A stretch of DNA of 32,000 bases, taken from assembly GCF_900232105.1 (NCBI RefSeq), contig NZ_LT934425.1, positions 2,820,001-2,852,000 of the forward strand, read 5' to 3'. Position 1 is the stretch's first letter. Each line of letters begins with the position of its first letter. This DNA is from Candidatus Kuenenia stuttgartensis. GTDB taxonomy: Bacteria > Planctomycetota > Brocadiia > Brocadiales > Brocadiaceae. A model generated the notes under the pieces. The model made no database searches and was not told the DNA's origin. It saw only the letters and a program-made list of their open reading frames with translations. The translations under genes and the position numbers were made by a program. Positions 1-7,768 of the stretch are shown here, one piece after another.

Positions 1-2047
1 CGAATAGCACCACTGCATAGGGTCTTCTTCTTATAGCCTCAGTGAGTCTTCCGCCTTCTTCGTATCCCACATAACCAGGTGGGGCGCCTATAAGCCGTGC
101 AACCGAGTGTTGTTCCATGAATTCAGACATGTCGATACGAACCATTGCATCTTCGTTATCAAACAAAAAGGCCGCCAGCGCCTTGCAAAGCTCCGTTTTC
201 CCAACTCCGGTAGGACCAAGAAACAGGAAGGTACCGATAGGCCGGTTCGGATCCTGGAGTCCGGCGCGTGCACGCCGGATGCCGTTTGACACGGCGGAAA
301 TTGCCTCTTCCTGACCAACTACCCTCTCTTTCAGTCTTTCTTCCATCTTTAATAGTTTTTCCTTTTCACTTTCCAGCATACGTGATACGGGAATTCCAGT
401 CCATTTGGCGACTACCATGGCAATGTCATCCTCACCCACCTCCTCATTCAGGAGGGATTTGGATTTTTGCAGTTCCTGTAATTCAAGGTGCTTTTCCTTT
501 AATTTTCTTTCACATTCAATAATACGTCCATAGCGTATCTCAGCAACCTTTTCTAAATTTCCCTCCCTTTGGGCTGCTTGCTCCTCAATGCGCGCCTGGT
601 CAATCTTTGCGTTAATGTCCTGTATTTCCTTGATAACCTTCTTTTCGTTTTCCCAGTGTGCCCGGAAAGCCCTGGATTCTTCTTTCAGGTCGGATAATTG
701 TCTTTCAATTTTCTCTATGCGTTGTTTAGAAGCTTCGTCTTTTTCTTTTTTTAAAGCCTCTTTTTCTATTTCCAATTGCAGGATCTTACGCTCTATCTCA
801 TCAAGCTCAACAGGCATGCTGTCGATTTCTATCCTTAATTTTGACGCAGCTTCATCGATAAGATCTATTGCCTTGTCGGGCAGAAACCTGTCCGATATGT
901 ACCGGCTGGAAAGGGTCGCTGCAGCAATAATCGCTGAGTCTGTTATGCGCACTCCGTGATGCACTTCGTATCGTTCTTTTAGTCCGCGCAGGATTGCGAT
1001 AGTGTCTTCAACGGTAGGTTCTCTCACATATACTTGCTGGAACCGTCGTTCCAGGGCGGCGTCTTTTTCAATGTATTTTCTGTATTCATCAAGAGTGGTG
1101 GCGCCCACGCAACGCAGTTCTCCACGCGCCAATGCCGGTTTTAGGAGGTTGGAAGCGTCCATTGCCCCTTCTGCGGCTCCTGCCCCAACCACGGTGTGCA
1201 ATTCATCGATGAAAAGTATTATCTGCCCTTCCTTCTCGCTTATCTCTTTAAGAACCGCCTTAAGACGGTCTTCAAACTCCCCACGGTATTTTGCGCCGGC
1301 AATAAGCGCACCCATATCGAGCGACATTACCCGTTTGTTTTTTAAGCTTTCAGGGATATCTCCGTTTACAATGCGCTGGGCAAGCCCTTCGACGATAGCG
1401 GTTTTTCCCACGCCTGGCTCGCCGATGAGAACGGGATTATTTTTTGTCCTTCGTGACAATACCTGTATTACCCTGCGAATTTCGTCATCACGGCCAATAA
1501 CGGGGTCAAGCTTTCCTCTTTGTGCCAGAGCAACCAGATCTTTACTGTATCGTTCAAGTGCACGGTACTTGTCTTCGGGAGTCTGGTCGGTGACTCTCTG
1601 GCTGCCCCGGATTTCTTTTAAAGCCTTGAGAATATTTTCCCGGTCAATGCCTGCCTCGTTTAATATTTTGCATGCGGAGGTATTTTTTTGCCGTGCCAGC
1701 GCCAGCAGCATATGTTCGGTGCTTAGGTATTCGTCCTTCAGCTTGCCGGCTTCTTCCCATGCAAAGTTTATCATATCGCGCAGTTCCGCACTCACATATG
1801 CCTGCCCCGGCGCTCCTGAGCCGCTTATTTGCGGAAGCTTGTTAACGGCCTCCATTGTTTTATCAAGAACAATATTTGCATCCACACCTAATTTTTGCAG
1901 GAGAGGAACTACGATGCCCTGCTCCTGCGTCAATAAAACCTCCAATACGTGCGCCGAAAGGATTTGCTGCTGCCTCTTTGATTCGGCTAATTCCTGAGCT
2001 TCCTGTATGGCTTCCTGCGCTTTTATGGTAAACTTATCAAGTCTCAT
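1..2047 (-). CDS. clpB: ClpB disaggregase (AAA+ chaperone), C-terminus beyond left window edge
   Basis: Absent from the ORF track because it runs off the edge. My translation of the minus strand from ATG 2047 gives [22 protein letters not shown]... It has Walker [16 protein letters not shown], a long coiled-coil middle domain, then a second Walker [16 protein letters not shown] and ...[13 protein letters not shown]. Plus-strand ORFs 588-959 and 1002-1997 are low-complexity antisense shadows. Confidence 0.93.
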   Translation of the reverse strand, partial: MRLDKFTIKAQEAIQEAQELAESKRQQQILSAHVLEVLLTQEQGIVVPLLQKLGVDANIVLDKTMEAVNKLPQISGSGAPGQAYVSAELRDMINFAWEEAGKLKDEYLSTEHMLLALARQKNTSACKILNEAGIDRENILKALKEIRGSQRVTDQTPEDKYRALERYSKDLVALAQRGKLDPVIGRDDEIRRVIQVLSRRTKNNPVLIGEPGVGKTAIVEGLAQRIVNGDIPESLKNKRVMSLDMGALIAGAKYRGEFEDRLKAVLKEISEKEGQIILFIDELHTVVGAGAAEGAMDASNLLKPALARGELRCVGATTLDEYRKYIEKDAALERRFQQVYVREPTVEDTIAILRGLKERYEVHHGVRITDSAIIAAATLSSRYISDRFLPDKAIDLIDEAASKLRIEIDSMPVELDEIERKILQLEIEKEALKKEKDEASKQRIEKIERQLSDLKEESRAFRAHWENEKKVIKEIQDINAKIDQARIEEQAAQREGNLEKVAEIRYGRIIECERKLKEKHLELQELQKSKSLLNEEVGEDDIAMVVAKWTGIPVSRMLESEKEKLLKMEERLKERVVGQEEAISAVSNGIRRARAGLQDPNRPIGTFLFLGPTGVGKTELCKALAAFLFDNEDAMVRIDMSEFMEQHSVARLIGAPPGYVGYEEGGRLTEAIRRRPYAVVLF

Positions 2048-2147
2048 AGTCTTCCTTTCAAAAGGTTAATTCTCACATAATGTTATTAAATAAGAATTCG
2101 TATGGTACAACCCTTCTTCCCTAACACGGCATAGCCGGAACCAAACA

Positions 2148-2247
2148 AGCGCGAAACAAATTCTAAAATACAAAATAACAATGAAAAAAACCGGGTTTTG
2201 AATATTTAAAAATTGAAATTTAGAATTTGTTTCGTATTTCGTGCTTT
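2148..2247. repeat. Heptamer-based palindromic repeat, family C copy 1 (arms cgaaacaaattctaaa / tttagaatttgtttcg)
   Basis: Inverted arms at 2151-2166 and 2218-2233. The right side continues tatttcgtgctttc, which is the reverse complement of gaaagcacgaaata and matches copies at 4062-4211 and 10527-10648. Lies about 100 nt upstream of the clpB start. Confidence 0.6.
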
Positions 2248-2278
2248 CACAAAGGGTTATAGATGGTGGACAATTCTT

Positions 2279-3121
2279 TTATAACACGTCGGACATGGTG
2301 TACATGCCGGGGGGTTTTTTTGCAATAATCTTTGCCGTATAAACTGCGCCCCGCGCAAACGTATCTCTTGTGTGTGCCTTATGGGTAATCTCTAATCGTT
2401 CTCCAAGCCCGCCAAAAACTACCGTATGGTCGCCAATGACGTCTCCGCTCCTGACTGCGTGTATGCCTATTTGGTTTGAAGGGCGTTCACCGATGATCCC
2501 CTGGCGGCCATAGATAATGTTTTTTTCTTTATCCAGTCCGGTTGCATCGCATATTTTTTCTGCCAGTCTCAGCGCTGTACCGCTAGGGGAATCTTTTTTA
2601 TGTCTGTGGTGTGTTTCAATAATTTCAATGTCAAAATCTTTGCCCAGCATTTTTGCCATTTGGGCGGCAACCGAAAACATTACGTTTACCCCCAGGCTCA
2701 TGTTTGGCGAAATCAGGCAGGGGATTTTTTTTGATATTTCCAGCAATTTTTCATGATGCAGGGGGGTTAGTCCGGTAGTGCCAGTTACAAGTGCAACGTT
2801 TTTTTTCGCGCAGCATTCCGCAATATTGACGGCAGATTCAGGCGATGAAAAATCTATCAGCACATCTGTAGGATTTTCCATCGCAGTTGAAATTTTCAGC
2901 CCTGATTCTCCAAAACCGGCCACCAGCCCAATGTCTTTGCCAATGGACACATGCCCCGGGTGTTCCAGCGCCGCAGTTAAATCAGATGCTTTATCTTCGA
3001 GGATAAGGGCACAAATCCTTGTTCCCATTCTGCCGCATGCGCCATTTACCGCAATCTTAATCAATGTTTGTTCCTTTTGTATTTTTTGCTGGCGGTCTTG
3101 AGGATGTTTCTTTCCCGCCAT
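2279..3121 (-). CDS. dapB: 4-hydroxy-tetrahydrodipicolinate reductase
   Basis: N-terminal Rossmann motif IKIAVNGACGRMG, and a central ETHHRHKKDSPSGTA motif typical of DapB. The track start at 3121 overlaps the upstream gene by 61 nt. An in-frame TTG at 3064 (..EQT-LIKIAVNG) overlapping the rhomboid TGA stop is an alternative start. Confidence 0.9.
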   Translation of the reverse strand: MAGKKHPQDRQQKIQKEQTLIKIAVNGACGRMGTRICALILEDKASDLTAALEHPGHVSIGKDIGLVAGFGESGLKISTAMENPTDVLIDFSSPESAVNIAECCAKKNVALVTGTTGLTPLHHEKLLEISKKIPCLISPNMSLGVNVMFSVAAQMAKMLGKDFDIEIIETHHRHKKDSPSGTALRLAEKICDATGLDKEKNIIYGRQGIIGERPSNQIGIHAVRSGDVIGDHTVVFGGLGERLEITHKAHTRDTFARGAVYTAKIIAKKPPGMYTMSDVL

Positions 3122-3927
3122 GTTAAATTATGCAACCCTTCACGATTCACCTTGTCAAGGATTTCATCCACCTTTTCACGCAACTCCATGTCTTTTCTCA
3201 GTTCTTTTTCCTGTTGAAGTATTTGGCATCGTTTTAAATAATCAACAACACGGTTTGAGTACCGTACGAACAAAAACCCGTACACAAGTCCCCCCAGATG
3301 GGCAAAATGCGCAATATTGCCTCCCCTCGGTGTAATACAATTAAATACCGTAATAGAGGCAAATATCATTACCAGATACTTTGCCCTGATAGGAAAGAAA
3401 TAGAAAATAACCATGCTATTGGGGAAATACATCGCGAAGGCGACTTCTATAGCGAAAATTGCACCGGATGCCCCGAGAATAGGAACTTTTGGCGTAAAGA
3501 TACAACAGCATATCCCCGCGAAGATTCCCGCGGTAAAGTAAAGTGTCAGAAATTTTTTTTGACCGAGAACCTTTTCGACCTCGCTGCCAAACATCCAGAG
3601 CACCAGCATATTAAAGATCAAGTGCCAAGGGTCTGTTGTACTATGCAAAAACATATACGAAAAAAACTGCCAGAACCACAAATTCCCTATAGCGTCCGGC
3701 GGATAGAGCCAGAACATTTTTGTGAATTTATCTGAAGCGGGATAATGCCACGGCAGGGCTGGAGCCTCTGATAATGAGTTAACCGGAAGGGGGGGTAACT
3801 GGGGGCTTATCGTGGAAAATAGTAATTGGAACATGAACACCCCGACATTGGCGATGATTAGCATCATAACCAGGCGGGTCCATTTGCTGCCAATATTTAA
3901 TCCGAAAGGGTTTCTCCTGTAATACAT
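3061..3927 (-). CDS. Rhomboid-family intramembrane serine protease
   Basis: Multi-TM protein with WHLIFNMLVLW (the H..xN region), the catalytic GASGAIFA (GxSG) and AHLGGL (catalytic His helix). It has a charged C-terminal cytoplasmic tail. Confidence 0.85.
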   Translation of the reverse strand: MYYRRNPFGLNIGSKWTRLVMMLIIANVGVFMFQLLFSTISPQLPPLPVNSLSEAPALPWHYPASDKFTKMFWLYPPDAIGNLWFWQFFSYMFLHSTTDPWHLIFNMLVLWMFGSEVEKVLGQKKFLTLYFTAGIFAGICCCIFTPKVPILGASGAIFAIEVAFAMYFPNSMVIFYFFPIRAKYLVMIFASITVFNCITPRGGNIAHFAHLGGLVYGFLFVRYSNRVVDYLKRCQILQQEKELRKDMELREKVDEILDKVNREGLHNLTWRERNILKTASKKYKRNKH

Positions 3928-4061
3928 TACGCCCGATCTCTCATAAAACGTTAAACGAAGTTAATTAAATTATAGTAAGCCCTATCCTGAAAAAAGTCAA
4001 GAATTGATGTCCGTTACAGGACAATGCCAAAGACGTCTGAAAACGTATCTGCTTGCATGGA

Positions 4062-4211
4062 AAGCACGATATAAAAAATACGAAATTCGAAGTACGAAAT
4101 ACGAAACAAATCCAAAACATACAACAATATGAAGCACGAAATGCGAGATACGAAAAAGGCGTTTGTTTAGAATTTCAAATCATTTCGTCATTAGAATTTG
4201 TTTCGGATTTC
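4062..4211. repeat. Heptamer-based repeat, family C copy 2 (TACGAAA units)
   Basis: From 4079 the sequence parses in register as tacgaaa|ttcgaag|tacgaaa|tacgaaa|caaatcc|aaaacat|acaacaa|tatgaag|cacgaaa|tgcgaga|tacgaaa. It ends with ttagaatttgtttcgg, inverted to cgaaacaaat. Confidence 0.65.
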
Positions 4212-4232
4212 ACCAGTAAATATTTTGCCAAA

Positions 4233-4268
4233 AAGTGCAAAGAAATTACTTATAAGGTACTAAACGTT
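4233..4268. repeat. Family B repeat (solo MITE-like arm), copy 1
   Basis: The reverse complement (ttaaacgtttagtaccttataagtaatttctttgcact) matches 19637-19679 (gtaacgctttagtaccttatcagtaatttcttcgcacact) with a few mismatches. Confidence 0.5.
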
Positions 4269-4297
4269 TAAATCAGGTCTTTGATGGCTTATGCCTG

Positions 4298-5893
4298 TTA
4301 AGATTTATTATATGCAAAAAGTTTTTGGTAAATACATATGCCAACGATAAGAAGTATGCCATTCGCACCCCATAAAACAGGCACAACGGGCAATAATGTA
4401 TCATCTGCAAGTACTGAACCTGTTACCATCAGGGGGTAATAGATAAACAAGATAATCATAAAACTTACTCCAAACCCTATTATAAGGTGAGAGCTACGCA
4501 ACTTAATGCCCAATGGAATGCCAATAACAATAAAACTTAAACACGAAAGTGCCTGTGAGATTCTTTTGTGTATGGAAATATCGTTTTTGCGTCTTAATTT
4601 CTTTTTTGACGCTAACGTCAGGTCGCTTTCAAAGCTTGTAATTTTCCTCAACAAAACAGATATGTTCTTTTCTGTCTCTTCAAGCGATTTTGTGAGTGTG
4701 GCTATGTTATTTGTTTCACTATTTTGTATCTCACGTGTTTCAATCATTCTTTGTGATATAACGCTAATCCGCTGTTTTTCTCTTTCTATAGTCTCTTTTA
4801 TTTCCATTAATTTTAAATCGATATCATCAGCGATGTAATATCCGGCTTTATTTTCCCTTTTTAACTGCATAAGATTTTCGGTTGCGACAAGTATATAATT
4901 ATTTGCCAGTTTACTCTCGTTTGCCAGTCCATCAATCTTTGATTTCTGCCGTTCCAGATTTTGTTTTGATTTTTTTAATTCGGATTCAAGGTGTTTTTGC
5001 TTTTTATTTAATTGCTGCAACTGGTTTTGGTGTTCAGCAAGTTTTCTTGATGCTTCAACCCGTGCCTCTTCAAAATTGTCGGGAATTTCTTTGCTGTTTG
5101 CAAGTTCCCTGTCAATTTCATTGTTGTATTTAAAGAGCTGGAATATCGTCATATGCTTGGTGGAAAAGTCGGCCTTGTCTTTTCCCATGGGAATTTCAAA
5201 TGTGGTCTCCGTAAACACGCCTAAACGCGGAACCTCTTCGGCTTTTTTGTAGTTTGGTTTGATAAATTCCCCCTTGCGCAGCGTAAGGAAGATTGTGTTT
5301 TTTTCGTTATTCACCTCGATACTGCCTTCTTCCGCAAAGATGATATCCGTAACATAATCATCCGCATACTGAATAACGGTGACGTCTTTGTTGATGTTGT
5401 CTACTACATTTCCAATGTATATTTGATACGGCTCCATGAGTACTTTTTTCTGGAAGGTTGCTAATCTGCCGGCGAGGATATTGTTTATCGCCCTTTCTTG
5501 TAATAATTTTATCTGGTAAAGGGATCTTGGCAAAATTTCCGCCGATAGCACCAGCGTAAAAAAACTGAAAATAATGCCTATTACCAAAACCGGAGTAATT
5601 ATCTTCCGTAAATGGATGCCGCTTGCTTGTATGGCGATAATTTCTCTGTCGGCGCTCAATCTTCCATACGTTAAGGTAGTGGCGGTAAGCAGTGCCGAAG
5701 GAATGGAATAAGGCGCCACCTGGATAAACATATGAGGGATGAGAGCTTTTAGGGCTATAATATCAAGCCCTTTGTGTAATATCTGAATTACAAACCCTAA
5801 GAACATTAGGATTTCAAAGCACAAAAAAGAAGGCCAGAATGTTTGAAACCATTCTCGTATAACGTAGCGTTGTAATATATTATTAGCAAACAT
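4298..5893 (-). CDS. LptF/LptG-family (YjgP/YjgQ) permease with a long coiled-coil insertion
   Basis: N-terminus MFANNILQRYVIREWFQTF... matches the family's I-L-x-R-Y-x-x-R-E-F opening. It has three TMs, a periplasmic beta-rich segment and three C-terminal TMs. Start moved from track 6034 to ATG 5893 because codons 1-47 read through MITE 5939-6100. Confidence 0.72.
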   Translation of the reverse strand: MFANNILQRYVIREWFQTFWPSFLCFEILMFLGFVIQILHKGLDIIALKALIPHMFIQVAPYSIPSALLTATTLTYGRLSADREIIAIQASGIHLRKIITPVLVIGIIFSFFTLVLSAEILPRSLYQIKLLQERAINNILAGRLATFQKKVLMEPYQIYIGNVVDNINKDVTVIQYADDYVTDIIFAEEGSIEVNNEKNTIFLTLRKGEFIKPNYKKAEEVPRLGVFTETTFEIPMGKDKADFSTKHMTIFQLFKYNNEIDRELANSKEIPDNFEEARVEASRKLAEHQNQLQQLNKKQKHLESELKKSKQNLERQKSKIDGLANESKLANNYILVATENLMQLKRENKAGYYIADDIDLKLMEIKETIEREKQRISVISQRMIETREIQNSETNNIATLTKSLEETEKNISVLLRKITSFESDLTLASKKKLRRKNDISIHKRISQALSCLSFIVIGIPLGIKLRSSHLIIGFGVSFMIILFIYYPLMVTGSVLADDTLLPVVPVLWGANGILLIVGICIYQKLFAYNKS

Positions 5894-5938
5894 TTTATGT
5901 ATTTCTATTCTTGTGCCGGTTCTAAATGGATTGTTTTT

Positions 5939-6100
5939 GTAACAATTTAGTATTTTGAAAAATTCCAACAATGTAGTTCGACGAGGTTCGTCGCACCAAA
6001 AAGAGTTGTGCGATGGTGAATAGGGTTTACTCAAGACAATGCGACGAACCTCGCCGAACTACATATGACTATTTCCAGCTTCAAAATACTAAAGTGTTAC
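5939..6100. repeat. MITE-like palindromic element, family A copy 1
   Basis: About 60-nt imperfect inverted arms: gtaacaatttagtattttgaaaaattcc...atgtagttcgacgaggttcgtcgca and tgcgacgaacctcgccgaactacat...tcaaaatactaaagtgttac. The termini match family A at 10649-10923. Confidence 0.7.
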
Positions 6101-6453
6101 ATTTTTTTTAATTTTATCAGCAATCGCAATGCTTTCAATCGATTTTAATTGTTTTATGTTTTCGCTATATCGTTTCGGCTAATCTGAGGTTAGATCTCAG
6201 TCCATTACTCTCTAAGATAGGAGGAAAGGCTTATTCCGTCGATATGAAAATAAAATTACGGTAAATGCCTTGACGTGTATTTTTATTCTTCGTGAAAATT
6301 TATTCGAAAACCTTCAGGAGTGCCGTTGCTAAAAAGAAATAATAGCATTCTCTTGTCACTACATCCGGGAAAAGGGGGAAGATTGCGGGTTTTCAGAGAG
6401 GGGTGGAGGATGTTTTGTAGATTTGCTGCAATTCCGGAAAGGGGTAATTTATT

Positions 6454-7437
6454 TCATGCCTCTTTGTGCCCGGCCACTGTTTTTGTTTTTTCCTGCAGGT
6501 GAATTAGCTTGTTAATGGTATCAATAACCGGTTCAGAAGAATTTTGGAATTTAGCAATGGGATTAACGATTGCAAGCCCTTTATAGTAGGTGACGAGCCC
6601 TTCCGCAACCTCGGTCAAAATCTTGTTAAACGAATTCCGCTTCTTTGCCCTCGCGAGTTTTACCTCAGGGCCTTTATCCCCGGTAATAGGTATCCTCTCA
6701 TAATTTCCAAAGTCCATACGCAACACATTAATCATACCACCCTGTCCTGACAATTGGTTTACGATTTCGGCGGAAGGCAGCGAGGCGATATATGCTAAAG
6801 GATAGGTGTAGTCTTTATATTTCCCCTTTTCAACATAAGAATCGCTCCGGATGCCCAGGCTTTTAAAATAAGCCTGTACCTTTGCGAAACACGACTTATT
6901 TACCCGGAGTTCGTCTACCTGTTGTATTTGTTTATTCAGGGATTTTGGCCTTCCCAGTACAATGGCGCTTGCTATAATCTCATTCTGCTGATACGTTCTT
7001 ATATCAATCTGGATGTTGTTATCATTAATAAACTGCCAGAGGAACAGACTACAGGTTTTCGCGCCATAAAAGGCGGAACGGGTAAATTTAATGTTAACGG
7101 AAGATATCTCCATATCCGCAAAAAGGATTTCCAGGGGAAGAATTATTTTGGAGACCGTCATTGCGCCAGGAACAATATTTCCCTTCCTGTGGATGAGATT
7201 TTTATCATTTGTGACGTCAACAAAAAGCTCACCGTCTTTTTTCGCAATTTGGTATTCATGTTTGATTAAAAACTTTCCCCAAACCAGCATCTGGGGATCG
7301 TTCGCATTGTCTTTCTTTAATTCAAGATTAGGATGTGGGGTCCGGGCTTTTGCATCCCTAAAGATTATTGTATCCGACAAAAAACCTTCAGTGCGGTTTA
7401 ATGGAATTTTGAGAATAGGAGCGCCTGTTCTGTTCAT
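6454..7437 (-). CDS. Hypothetical protein; possible MaoC-like hot-dog fold
   Basis: A 327-aa ORF with normal composition. VDVTNDKNLIHRKGNIVPGAMT resembles the MaoC hydratase motif (D-x-N-P-I-H ... I-x-H-G-M). This is a motif-level guess only. Confidence 0.55.
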   Translation of the reverse strand: MNRTGAPILKIPLNRTEGFLSDTIIFRDAKARTPHPNLELKKDNANDPQMLVWGKFLIKHEYQIAKKDGELFVDVTNDKNLIHRKGNIVPGAMTVSKIILPLEILFADMEISSVNIKFTRSAFYGAKTCSLFLWQFINDNNIQIDIRTYQQNEIIASAIVLGRPKSLNKQIQQVDELRVNKSCFAKVQAYFKSLGIRSDSYVEKGKYKDYTYPLAYIASLPSAEIVNQLSGQGGMINVLRMDFGNYERIPITGDKGPEVKLARAKKRNSFNKILTEVAEGLVTYYKGLAIVNPIAKFQNSSEPVIDTINKLIHLQEKTKTVAGHKEA

Positions 7438-7460
7438 CTGTTAGTCCAGCAATTCTTCTT

Positions 7461-7487
7461 ATTCTGTAACCGTTGCTTGCCTGTCAA
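7461..7487 (-). promoter_or_regulatory. Putative sigma70-type promoter P1 for the 6454-7437 gene
   Basis: The minus strand reads gcTTGACAggcaagcaacggttaCAGAATaag. The -35 TTGACA is at 7482-7487 and the -10-like CAGAAT at 7461-7466 (15-nt spacer). It lies about 25 nt upstream of ATG 7437. Confidence 0.3.
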
Positions 7488-7623
7488 GCCCGCCTTAACA
7501 CGAATAATAATGGGTAGTTAAAGACGCAAGATTTTACTGTTGAAAATGGAAATTTTCTGTTGCTGCGAGGAAAATATCTGTTGATTCAAGTATGGTTCAT
7601 TTCGCAAAATCTCAACTTATTGG

Positions 7624-7652
7624 ATTCTATAATGTCATGTTTTCCCTGTCAA
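7624..7652 (-). promoter_or_regulatory. Putative sigma70-type promoter P2 (distal), same GCTTGACAGG motif
   Basis: The minus strand reads gcTTGACAgggaaaacatgacattaTAGAATcc. The -35 TTGACA is at 7647-7652, the spacer is 17 nt, and the -10 TAGAAT is at 7624-7629. Confidence 0.33.
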
Positions 7653-7702
7653 GCATATAAAAATTAATTTTCCATTATACTACCGTAGTAGTAGGCAATC
7701 TA

Positions 7703-7762
7703 CAATCTACAATCGGCAAATTGCTGATTGAGGAGTGGAGACTGGGGACTGCCAATTTTAAT
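7703..7762. repeat. Heptamer-periodic palindromic repeat, family F copy 1
   Basis: Parses as gcaatct|acaatct|acaatcg|gcaaatt|gctgatt|gaggagt|ggagact|ggggact|gccaatt. Lies immediately 3' of the SprT-like gene stop. Confidence 0.6.
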
Positions 7763-7768
7763 TTGGGG

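Noticed and set aside
88-1997. Track ORFs 88-318(-), 107-289(+), 117-314(+), 268-522(+), 588-959(+) and 1002-1997(+, 331 aa)
   Set aside because: All lie inside the minus-strand clpB reading frame, which I translated. The long plus-strand ones are Ser/Arg/Leu-rich antisense shadows with no motifs.
4053-4271. 72-aa ORF (MHGKHDIKNTKFEVRNTKQIQN...)
   Set aside because: It is encoded entirely by the heptamer repeat (family C) plus the family B arm. The periodic peptide is a by-product of the 7-nt units.
5894-6034. 47-codon N-terminal extension of the LptF/G ORF
   Set aside because: It reads through one arm of palindromic element A1. The family-typical N-terminus starts at ATG 5893.
6100-6453. 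Spacer with a small hairpin ctgaggttagatctcag (6184-6200) and a purine-rich tract (6366-6412), considered as a small RNA
   Set aside because: There are no promoter/terminator pair or conserved structure I can support from sequence alone.
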